A stretch of DNA of 64,000 nucleotides from Paragordius varius (Eukaryota > Animalia > Nematomorpha): contig OZ176053.1 in NCBI GenBank assembly GCA_964247055.1, forward strand, positions 4,464,001 through 4,528,000, in the 5' to 3' direction. The notes under the pieces are model-generated. The model searched no databases. It saw nothing but the letters and a program-made list of their open reading frames with translations, and had not been told where the DNA came from. Positions within the stretch are counted from its first letter, which is position 1. Each line of letters begins with the position of its first letter. Positions 11,301 to 23,120 of this stretch are shown here, one piece after another. The position numbers were made by a program, and so were the translations under genes.

Positions 11301-14300
11301 ACTGAAAATGCTATTTGGCATATTTAATGAAAAACTAGCAATGATTTACACACACTATGAGTACCATGTTTCCATTAACATTCTCAGTTTCTTGACCATG
11401 GTCTTTATTTAAGGATTCATTTGATAGCTGTCTCTCTACCCTTATTACTTCCGTTTCATTTAAGCCTTCATTTTTTTCTGAATTTTCATTAACAACACTT
11501 TGGGGTTTGGCATCGACATTTTTAGTTTCTGTGCGATTTTCTACAGATATGTTTGGCGATATTTTTGAAACATTTTGTGTTATAGGCGTCGAAGATACAT
11601 TATTAATACTGCCACTAGGTTTATGAAGTTTAAATCCCAATTGTTCCTCAGTTAATGCATCGATGAAGGCATATTTTAAACGAAATTTGGCAAATTTTTC
11701 CTAAAAGTTTTTATAAATATTTTGTATGTAAAAATTAAATTGCTGTCTTGAGATGTTTCGTTGATATATATTTTTTATAAGGATAAAAATTTAAGTTTCC
11801 TTTAACAAGCATAAGTTTTAACTAAAGCTTATGACATCTACGCAAATTTATAAATTTTGATTTAGAAAGAAATAAGTAAACATAATTAAATATTAAAGGA
11901 CAATCTGTTTAAAGGTAAAATCCTTATTTAAAAAATATTTAATTAAAAATAGGTGTTGAGGATTAGGAAAAAGAGTTTAATTAGAAAAATGTTAAGTTTA
12001 AAAAAAGGATAACTTTTACCATAAGCTCATCATCGAACATTTCAAATTTACCATATAATTTAAAAGTTTCTTGGCTAATTAAAGTTTATATAATTTAAAA
12101 AATACAATATAATATGGTTAAAATAGTTTGCTATTTGTTGATTTTGAAATAATGATTTTATTGAATTAATAGAGTATTAAAACAGAAAAAAATAAGTTTA
12201 AAAATAAATACTCAATACACTGCTCAACAAGGTGTTGCACCACCCCCTGATACCTAATGGCATGGATAGGCCAAAACAAAAAAGAAAATTGAGGCCACCA
12301 ATAGGATTTTTCCAAAATTTAATTTTTAAATTTGTATTTAATTCAAAAATAACAATCATTCCTCGCGTACATATGTTTAAATATTCAAACAAGCAAGTCG
12401 ATACAAGTAATTTTTCATGCATGGATAACAAATTCTAGGCATTAAATAAGATACTAAACAAGCTAAAAGCCAAAGTATTAAAAATCTAAAAGGGCTTAGT
12501 ATAGTGTGATAGATCCGGGCGGCTGCACAAGCTCTCCATATCCCCCAAGCGATTCAATTATGCCAGATATGGCAAAGATAACAATAGGTAATCGTAAAGC
12601 CCGATAAGAGAGACTTGCAAGCAAAATCCAGGCAAATTGACATGTCAAATTAAACAATTTACAGAATAAAGTTAGATAAATACAATTAAATTGAATATAA
12701 ATTAGGTAAATACAAATAGTCCAACCCCATAACAGTAAATTCTACTAAAAGTGGCTACACAACATCCATCTGAAATTCAAAATACAAAATAACCAATAAT
12801 TTTAAAAAAATAAGGTATATCCACTAGGTATAAATATAGGATTTTTTATAAGAACCAACTCAAGAGAAAAAGTCTAATAAGTACTCGAAAGAACGAAAAC
12901 TAACAAAAAAAATAAGCCTATCTGAAAGCCGAAGGTTTAAACTATAAAATGCCTTTTTTAGTATTTTTTTAAAAAATTATGTGTTAAAAATTCACTTGAA
13001 AAAAAAGACTAAATTTTGACGTTTAAGTCCGTACTATTTTTTTCACTCTGATATATAATATTTATATTCAAAAGATAGAGTTTAAAACGCTTTATTAAAT
13101 GATATTAAGTTTATAATATAATAACACTTTATTATAAAGTTATATTTAATTTTCTCTCGATTTTCACTTGTTTTTGAAAAATTGAAAAACCTATAAAAAT
13201 TTCAAAATTCTGATTGGCGGGATCAAAATTTTTTTCAAATTCGGTTTTAAAACACTGAAATTAGTCATAATTTAAAAAGTTTGAATGGTGGTGCTTAAAA
13301 ATGTCCAAATTTGTCGACTAGTGATATCAATTATGAGTTGATTTAGGACAGAAACACATAATTAATTTTTAGGTGAATTTAAAATGTCCAAGAATGAATT
13401 TAAAATAGAGGAAAAAATTTTATAAGGGTACGAAATTGATGAGTAAATTAAAGTATTAATATACGTTTAATAAGAATTTGCCTCTATATATCAGTATAAA
13501 CTGATATCTCGCCATGTGTTAGTATTATGCTTAATCGTGAACTGTAATTTTAGTTGTTAGTTAAAATCTAAAGGTTTAATATAATTTAAATTTAATGTTT
13601 TTCTTTCATAGGAGTAAAATATTTGGATAAGCTACATTAAAATGTTATTTAAACGCAATTAACATAAAATTAAACCAGAAAAAAAGATGAATTTGACAAA
13701 CACACTGGCAAACATAGTTTTTTATGATTGGCCTTTTATATTTTAACCAACAAACATTATATAACTATCATGTTTGTGCGTAGTAAATCGTAAACTTTAC
13801 AAATTACCTTGCAAATATATCTTCCAGCGGCAAGCGATAACCGTTTGGCAGCCTTGTAATAAACAGTATCGGAAGCGTTGTATGTCATGGCATTACTAAA
13901 TATTAACTTGACATCCTCCTATTTATTTTATATTATATAAATAATAGAAAAAAATAAATTTTTTTTATATACTTTTCATTTGGGGTGCAAAATGATTAGA
14001 TATAAATATGTAATACATTGCTATTTATCATTTTTGTGATCATATAGGTAAATGAGAAAATATCAAGGATTAAACTTTTAAAAAGATTAGTTTTTAACTT
14101 TTATGGGTTAAAATTATTTCTTAATAAAAACACAAATTACGTGAAACTGGCTCAGGTTTGTATAGACTTCGTTTTCAATTTTGAGTCTAACTGTGGTGAA
14201 ATCCATCGGTGTTCTAATTATGTCAAAGTAACCCGGTGCAATTTTATCATCAACTGGTGATGCGAAATAATTATCAGGGTCTTTGCTAGTAATTTAAAAC

Positions 14301-14653
14301 ATAAATATACTTCTCCAGCAATGATAAAATCATATTTAAACATTTTTGAAAAGGTGTCTCCTTATATAAAGCAGAGCGAATTACACATGCTCGTTTACCT
14401 TCAGATTTATCTAAATTATCATCCGCTTTATGTGAAGAAACGGACGACTCTGGCGAATTAACATTTTCAAATGGTTTAATCTATATAAAATATTAAAATT
14501 ACTTTTAATCGTTTAACATTGGGCAAAGAGGAAGGTTCCGATAAATTTTTGGTAATTATAGATTTATAATTTTCACCAACTTTCAATATCAGTTTTAATG
14601 ATTTATTTTCGTTTAAGTTTGGTTCTACTAAATATAATAAAATTTAAACCCAT
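8381..14653 (-). CDS. Bromodomain-containing protein 7/9 family (bromodomain + DUF3512 region)
   Basis: Exons 14653-14650, 14627-14503, 14480-14311, 14285-14141, 13918-13808, 11700-11365, 10103-9923, 9587-9468, then unresolved exon(s), then ~8733-8578 and ~8490-8381. Motifs: SLKLILKVG; KDPDNYFASPVDDKIAPGYFDIIRTPMDF; FSNAMTYNASDTVYYKAAKRL; YHPFMSFAPFYDTSNANISKEDTDLL; QLLQLDSIQTKRLS...QEKNLAEKIRSDITNL. BRD7 versus BRD9 orthology cannot be resolved. Confidence 0.9.
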
Positions 14654-14683
14654 ATTCGTTAGTGCGGCATGTGATTTTGCGAT
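14654..14683. promoter_or_regulatory. 30-nt head-to-head spacer between the BRD7/9 and MRPS16 start codons
   Basis: Inferred minus-strand ATG at 14653 and plus-strand ATG at 14684. A central CATG at 14668-14671 gives an upstream ATG on both strands. Confidence 0.6.
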
Positions 14684-15054
14684 ATGAGAATACGCGCACC
14701 TGATAAATATTGGATACGGTTAATTGGTAAGGGTTGGATAAATCGACCATTTTATCACATCATGGTGTCTGAACCGTACTGTAAACATCGATTTTATAAA
14801 GATATCGAACAAATAGGTACATACGATCCAATGCCCAATGCTCATAATGAGAAACTTGTCGGTATTGAATTTGCTAAAATTAAGGTATAAATTTTGAACG
14901 GTTGGAATATTGGTTGGGAAAAAGGGCCCAAACTACATCCGCAGTAAACCAATTATTAGGTATTGCAGGATATTTTCCCATTCACCCACAAACGTTGAAA
15001 AAAATTGAAATGAAAAAAGACCCTAATTACAAAATTCGTGATATGATAAAATAA
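14684..15054 (+). CDS. MRPS16: Mitochondrial small-subunit ribosomal protein bS16m
   Basis: Exons 14684-14861 and 14885-15054 with a 23-nt intron: IRLIGKGWINRPFYHIMV...EQIGTYDPMPNAHNEKLVGINFERLEYWLGKRAQTTSAVNQLLGIAGYFPIHP. Confidence 0.95.
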
Positions 15055-17220
15055 ATTTTTTACCAAAATTCGAAATTATCTATTTTAAGTTGTTTAATTA
15101 TTAATAAAAACTTATTCTATATAAGTTTTATTTTTGTCCCATGCTCTAATTCCAATAAATTTGAATTTATTTTGCATTATAATTTTTATCAGAACAATGG
15201 ATAAATTATTTATTACATTGTAATTAAATGTTTTTCAACCTAAAATTAATATATACTTATCTAGAAAAATTTGATGGCAAAAAGTCGGAGAATTTTCCTT
15301 AAAGCTAGTTATTTATTTTAGTTTTCAAGAATATCTTGCCTAAAAGGCCATATCAGCATAATCTAAAATTTGGCCCAATATGATCGTTTCATATTCATAC
15401 ACAGTTGGATAATTTCCCCAAAAGATAAGATAAGCAAATAATAAATTATTACATCGTTTTGACAAATAAAAAACGTAAATGCTGCCTAAAAATACTTTCC
15501 CACTCCGAAACCTTTTCCCGTCCAGCCAAATAAATTCCTAGTGAAGAAATGTTTGCCAGTTAATATATACTAAAACATTATAAACTTATTTTTGGTGATA
15601 ATATGGAAAACGGATATAATACACCTTTTTACCATTTTAAGCTTGGTTAAAAGGATATAAATTTTTTATAGCACAGTTATTTATTAAAATAGTAGTGATT
15701 CCAATATCAATCATTAAATGACTTATTGTTATGAAATTATATTTAATGGAGTGCACCATTCACACCTTACCCTAAAACATTTATTCTTTAACACGTCGAA
15801 TTCACCGTTATAATATTTGAAATTACATAAATATATTATGTTTCTTATCTAAATTAAACCATAACTGAGGTTAAATATTTGTTTTTAACATAGTTTATCT
15901 ATTTTTTTGTTTCACTTATCCAAGTGGGGAATTAATTTCGAACTGCTTTTATTTGATAAAATTTTTATTCAATTTTTTAATCAAAACAAACCACTTTTAC
16001 TAAACTTAAACTATAGTGTGTTAAAACAAGAAAATTGGACCAAATATTTAATTTTAACTATAAGTTATATTAACAGAAATACAGACTGCACTTAAGAGAA
16101 TATGTGGATATGACAATCATTGAAGTTTGAGAGTAAATTATAGGTATAAATGGATTATACTTAATATATATATATATATATATATATCATAACAATTAGT
16201 ATTGTCCCATAGCAAATAATAAAAAATATCAATACCATTTACCTTAAGCTATGGCCATTTAATTTACAATTTATTTAATTCCCTCAAAAATAAATGCTTT
16301 CTTTGATTGAGAAAATGTTTTGAAATATCTGAGGAGTTATTTCCATTGCTTGGAAAACGTTTCAGCTTAGAAAAAGACTTTTAAATAAAAGATTATATTA
16401 ATTATTATTTCGGTCGAAAATATTATTTTCATGGTAATTTATTCTGGAATTTTTGAATTAAAAATATTTTGGAGTGCAAAATAAAATTTTGAATTGCAAA
16501 AACATGGATTGAGCCCTGGAACTTAAACATTGAATAGGACCAAAAAACGGTATAAAAAAGGTTTTTGTTTTATCTTCTTTAACGCAACTTTGTTAACTTT
16601 ATTTTGAGATTGTTCCTTTTTTTAATCATCAATTTGATATTTTAATTTTATAATAGCAATATTGAATTTGTTTTGCTTAATTTTAATTTGACCATTAATC
16701 ACATTGTATCAAATAAATTTTACTTCTGTAAATTTGAATAAAAATCAACTATAATTAATCAAAACCGAAAGGAACCAAAATATAATTTTGTAAAAAATCA
16801 TTTAGGCCGTTGAAATTAGTGGTTATTAATATATAATACAAAAACCCTGTTTTTACAAAATAGGCATATTTAAGTGACGTCCAGATTTGGATGCGCAGTA
16901 AAATAAATTTGTAGATTTTTTATACTAGGGGCGGTTAAAAAAACCAAGTAAATGCTAATACTAGGTAGTAATATTTAGTTTTGGTTGAATAATATATGAA
17001 TTATTTCCTAATACTCACTATAGATATTCGATTGAATAAAAAGTTTTTGTTTCAAAAACTATCTACTATTTAATATGTTAAAAGTAGTACTAGAAACATG
17101 GTTGAATAAATAAAATTTCTGTCAAAACTACTTAGCATATTAGATTGTTGAAACTATCTGGTGGCTATTTTGATTTTTTCCAAATTTTTATGTTTTTTTT
17201 GAATTTTTAATGAATATATA

Positions 17221-17391
17221 CAGTATGAGTAAGTATACATTGCTAGAAAGTTATTAATTATTGCCAAATAGTATATAAAACAACGTGCATTATTATTGGT
17301 ATATAAGTTATTTTAGCACTTTTTACTATTGGCCAATAATTTTCTTTGCTGCTTATGCTATTAATCTAACTATATATACTTACTCAAACTG
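17221..17391. mobile_element. Tc1/mariner-type MITE (171 bp)
   Basis: TIRs CAGTATGAGTAAGTATA / TATACTTACTCAAACTG flanked by TA on both sides. A second, inverted copy lies at 43773-43936. Confidence 0.78.
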
Positions 17392-18712
17392 TATTTAAAC
17401 ACACGAAAATAAACCCTAAAAGTTGTATTTGATATATTTATTTTTTTTTGTAATTTTTATGAATTTTATTATAAAAATGATCAAATCTAACATAAATATT
17501 TTATTCATATTATATAATCAACATTTAGGATAAAAATCTTCTATTTTTTTGTATGTTATGTGATAATAAAACGATGCAAAATATACGTTATAAATTTTAA
17601 ATCGAAATATTTGTAGCGGTTATAACAATTATTATAAACATAGTCAAGCTGAATTAAAACTAGAATAAATGGAAAACAATAATATTATTGAAATCCCAAT
17701 GCGATGGAATATATACCGTAAAATGGCCGTGATTATACTATTCTTATAAATGGCATAACTCAGCAATTCAAGACTGAGAAATATATTCGTAAAATGGTAT
17801 TGGTTAGCTCCTATGACCTTGGTGGCTTATAATTACTAAATTTTAATAAATACAAATCAATTATACATTATGAACGCTTTAAACTAATGCGTATAAAAAT
17901 AAGATTTCAGAATAGGATGAAACTTAGTAAAATAACTCTTACCTTGTTACATCCATAAAGCGAGAAATATACATTGAATGCCAATTTCAAATTATAAATG
18001 TAACAATTAATATTTAGACGGACAAATTTTTTAGGCAAAGTGTGTGTGTGATTTAAAAGCGAAAAATTGGTAAACCAATGCGATTTATAGGGTCTATATG
18101 TCAAAATATAAAAATATATCCTTCATTTAATTATTTAAAATTATTTTTTGCGATTTCACTTCATAAAAGAGCTAAGTTTTTGAGATGGGGACCAGTTTTA
18201 CGAGGATTACAAATAAAACGGATTCCTATGATTTACGACGTGTTGTTCATGTAAAAACGTATTTGACGATGGATACAAGAATTTTTCCTTACTTTAAAAC
18301 TCTACTCATCCCATTATTTTATGTATCAATTATTTTTTTTTCACTTATTTGTTAAGTATTTACTATGTAGTATGGTTTTACTCAACCGACCCTTATTAAG
18401 CCATGCTAGTCATTTACTAGCATAGTATTTACTAAATTTATATGTATGTTTTAAAAAATGCGACATTTCGAATGGCGTTATTTCTTACAGCATTATCTCC
18501 TTAATGAGAATGATTAATTAAAAAAATCAAATATTATATTGGTATATTACAAATAAATAACTCAAAATCTACTGGGACGAAGAAGATTTTATAAAAACGA
18601 AAAATTAAGCGAATATGGATTGAACAAAATAATTAAGCAAACAGATAAATTAATTAAAATACTAAATATTTAAATTCGATTAATAATAGATTGATTGCAA
18701 AGATATTATTAA

Positions 18713-19294
18713 CACTTCGATTCAAATTGGGGTATCTAAATACCCCAGACTAAATTAAAATTAATATTTTTAAAAAACTACTGAAGGAAACGGTCCCAAT
18801 TTAAATTTATGCTTCTATCCTGATAAATATTATATAAATATGCCAAAATATCTTGATAAAATTTTGTTTTGAAAAAAAAGCTCCATCTCAAACTACTTCG
18901 ACGCCATTTTTATTTTGCAAAATTTTTGCAAAATATCGTCTTTATTTAATTTTAAGGGTAAAACTAAAGCTAATTTTTTATATAAATTACATCTAACATT
19001 GAAAGAAATAGAAAAAGCGGTTTAGTTTGTATAATTTTTCAATTTTACAATTTGACATATGTCACGTTGACGAAATATTTACCTTTCGGTTTTAGCTTAA
19101 AATAAGGAATATCAAGTATTTTTGAATAAAATTTTTTATATATTTCGGTTTATTAATGTTAGATAAGTGCAAAATTTTGCCATGGTTTCGATTCCTTCTA
19201 TATTTTTTAAAGAAATTAATTTTAAAAAGGCCTGGGGTATCCAACTACCCCAATTTGAATCGAAGGACCAAAATGAGTGTGTTGTATCCAAGTG
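18713..19294 (+). mobile_element. piggyBac-like non-autonomous element (582 bp), copy 1
   Basis: TTAA TSD at 18709-18712 and 19295-19298. Ends CACTTCGATTCAA / TTGTATCCAAGTG. An internal inverted repeat CTTCGATTCAAATTGGGGTA is offset ~29 bp at the right end. Closely similar to 53295-53875. Confidence 0.88.
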
Positions 19295-20457
19295 TTAATA
19301 GTGTGACATGTGTGAATTTTACTAAAATACACACTTATGAATTAAATTGATAAAATATATTCTATAAAACAGAATATGTCCGATTTATTTTGTATTTTAA
19401 TCAAATAAACGTTTATAGCGATTATAATACAAAATAATATTTTTTTTATATTAAGAATTTATAACTATTTTAAAATTTAAGATAAATTTCTTAATATATA
19501 TGATGAATCTGGATATTAAAAAAAATTTAGAAATATTGGGAAAACTTTGGAAACTAAGGAATGTATTTATATCACTGTGCGATTAAAAGGGGTCACAAAA
19601 AATTTATATCAATGAATTAAATATCACAAGTTGATTATTGAAATGATAAATGAGGCTAATACAAGAAAAGAGTTATTTTTATTATGACAGCCCACTTTTA
19701 GGGCCGTGGTTTTAGTATTGTACTAGATTTTGTAATAAAAAAAATATTTTAAAAAAGAATTTTTTAGGAATTAAAGATAGCAAAATTTTGTTGAAGTAAG
19801 TTTTGTTTTAAAGCATGGCAGAAGCCGTATAAGATGATGCTGACATATCTATCAGCTCAATAATTGATTTTAAATGTTGACTTCGAATAAATTATTTTTT
19901 GTCAATAACACAACCTATATTAAATTTAAATTTTAAGACGCACGAACTTGTAAAACAAATATCTAAGGTGATATAAACATTCAGCATATTAAACCATATA
20001 AAAAATTATTTTCATAATGAAATGTTATAATATTCTTTTCGAATATGCCGCAAAATTTTGCAATGTGCTAAAAAGGCAATATTTATCAAATGTATATAAT
20101 TTTTTTATAAAATTTGCAGTAACTATCGATTTTTAGGATCGTCTGTTGATAACAAATTTTGATTATTTAGTTCCCCGATTTATATTGGTGTTTTTCGGGA
20201 CCCCATGCCTGTTTAATATCAAATATTTTTAAAAATATGGAGCGAAAAGAAACATTGCAAAAATTTATATTTATATAACATCAATGCACCGAAATAAAAA
20301 AGGAGAATTAAATAACACAAAGTTGTATTTCGTACAACTTACTTTTGAATATTATATTAAGACTATTTAACGTCTCATATTGTTTATTAAAATTGAATAT
20401 GAAAAGCATAATTATTTTTACACGCATTCACATACCCAGAAAAAGCATGCTTTATAA

Positions 20458-22931
20458 ATGACTCGCTGTCTGGTGTCGGGAATACAGCCCAGTGGAAACT
20501 TCCATATTGGAAATTATTATGGAGCAATCAAAAATTGGATAAACTTGCAAAAACAAACTAATGATTCAAAATATTTTTTTATAGCCGATTTACATTCACT
20601 AACCCAATTTAAGTCACCTTTGATATTCACAAGCCTGATTAATAAATCTATAATAGCCCTCTTAGCATGCGGACTTGACCCCTCAAAAATTACTTTTTTC
20701 CAGCAATCTAAAGTTTTACCAAATATTATTTTAGGTGCCTGAACATTTGGAACTTTATTGGATATTTAATTGTTTGACAACCTTAGCTCGTTTACATTAC
20801 ATGCCAGTGTGGAAAACAGATACTAGTCAAAATAATAGTGACAAATTTGATTTTTCTTCTACAAATCAAACACAAAATTTAGGACTTTTTACCTACCCAA
20901 TCTTACAAGCGGCAGATATTTTATTATACAAGTTTGCTTTAATATATTATTATAATATTTGTTAGTATTTTAGGTATTATTAATTATTTTACGATAACAT
21001 TCATTTTTATTAAGGTAAAATAATATTTTATTTTTAAGTTTAGGGCCACAGACGTTCCTATTGGTGAAGATCAAATACAGCACCTTCAATTATCTCAACA
21101 CATTGTTCAAAAGTTTAACACAGCGTATAATATCAACTATTTTCCCACACCTAACCCCATATTAAGTAATATATTATAATTAATCACCAAATTTTGATTC
21201 CTTAAATAACATAATCACGATATGATTTAAATCCCATAAAACATTTTTCACAATATGATAATTATTTAAACAAGTTATATTTAAAGTCTGAATGGTTATA
21301 ACCACACCCATGACTGTGAATTGTGCTTATAAAATACTTTTGAAATATTAATAATTAATTTAAGATCAGGGTACACCTAAAATTAAATGTAAAATATTAT
21401 AATTTTGAGTTTATTGTTTGGTTTTATTATTATGAAATATATTGTGCATTTGTGGTACGGATTACATGATCAAGAATAACCGTATATCTAAGAAATCAAG
21501 AAGTTTATTATATTTTGCCTACCAAAACATCCCTAATTTTAACCATACTTTGCATTAATTAAACAAATGAAAATATACAACTATCTCAGATTTATAAAAA
21601 ATTTTATTTCAAATAATTAATATATTTATTTATATAAGGCGCATCTGGAGCTCGTATCAAATCGTTGCGACAACCCTCACAAAAAATGAGTAAAAGTGAT
21701 CCCAATTCTAACAATCGCATTGATCTCATCGATTCACCCGAAGTCATTAGACGGAAAATAAATCGTGCATTTACAGATTCTAACATACCTGAAGGCAAAT
21801 TTATGATAGACCTTAAGGATGAATGTAAAATTTTGTTGAAGTTTTTTTGTTTATTGATTTGTTTTTACTTAATATTGGGTTAATTTTTTACACCTAGAGC
21901 GACATCATGATAACGTAGGTTTTTATATTGTGCCCATAATTTATGACTTATATGGCTTTTTGGACACATTAAATGTAAAAAAAATTACATCTTAAATTTT
22001 TTAGCCACTGAATATTTATTTAAATTTTTTGCTGATTCGCTAAAATGGCAAATAAAAAAAGCGTCATTGAATTTTTTAAAATCTGATGTTTATTTCAATT
22101 GAATTCGGGTTATTTCTATAATTTCGACTCCTAAACTTACAAAATAAAAATAAGAGCTTTATTAATATTTAAGTATAATGTTGATAATATTTTGATTTTA
22201 TTTTTTCTACAATTATAAGCTCTGCACGAAACACACTCCAATAAGTATCCGTATATAAATATGTTAAAAAAGTGTTAAAATATAGTTATTTTGACGTAAT
22301 AATTTTTCTATATAGCACTCAAAGATAAACCTGGTATATTCAATCTTTTTACAATATATTTGGCTCTTGTCAATGACACTGACGATACAGATAATATAAA
22401 ACAGGTTAAAGGTTTTTAGTATTGTAAACTTTAGGCCTGATAGTAAATAAAAAGAATTATTGATCAAAATGTACAAATTACATAAGTGAAATTTTAAACA
22501 TTTAACTTAACACTTTTTACATATTTATATATATTTTAAAGATAAAAAAGGATAAATTGTGTTTATAGTTTCAAAATAAACATACGGACAAAAACCAATT
22601 ATTGTAATATATACTTTGTTTAATAAAATTAATTGGTAAGATTAATTAATGTAATAATACATAATTAATTAACTTAAACAACACCTAATAGGTGAACAAA
22701 ATGGAATTTTCATCTATCCGTGCAATGAAAGAAGAAATTGCTGACCGGCTCATACAAAAATTTGAACCGATAAGATTACGCATTTTAGATAATCTCTCAA
22801 ATGATAATCATGAAAATGGTAATAATTTAGCGCCTCATGTCCAAAAGATTATGAGTGAAGGAATTGAAAAAGCTAGAATGGTAGCGAATCAAAACATACA
22901 AGAAATTAAAAAAATTGTAGGATTGTTATGA
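20458..22931 (+). CDS. WARS2: Mitochondrial tryptophanyl-tRNA synthetase
   Basis: VSGIQPSGNFHIGNYYGAIKNW (HIGH), GLFTYPILQAADILLYK, VPIGEDQIQHLQL, IKSLRQPSQKMSKSDP (KMSKS), KPGIFNL, C-terminal IKKIVGLL. Exons 20458-20712, 20735-20931, 21044-~21165, ~21638-21824, ~22316-22404, 22692-22931. First intron is 22 nt. Confidence 0.95.
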
Positions 22932-23120
22932 AAAATAAATGAGTATTTTTTGTGTAATTATCGATTTGTGAATATCGCCTGCAATGTACAAAACATCGAA
23001 TAAAAAATGCTCCCAGAAATTTTTGATTTAATTTATTATAAACCCATGAGTTACAAGCACTGTTTATACAATTTAACTAACAAATATTGTCTAAAATAAG
23101 ATAATATGAAGAAAAAAGGA

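Noticed and set aside
15100-16400. Coding-like minus-strand stretches downstream of MRPS16
   Set aside because: No recognisable protein and no consistent splice model.
16504-16525. tRNA or SINE B-box-like GGATTGAGCCCTGGG
   Set aside because: No A box or cloverleaf, and a single copy.
21794-21800. Possible GC-AG intron in WARS2 (GAAG|GCAAAT)
   Set aside because: A canonical GTAAAA donor about 30 nt downstream gives the same phase and an open frame.
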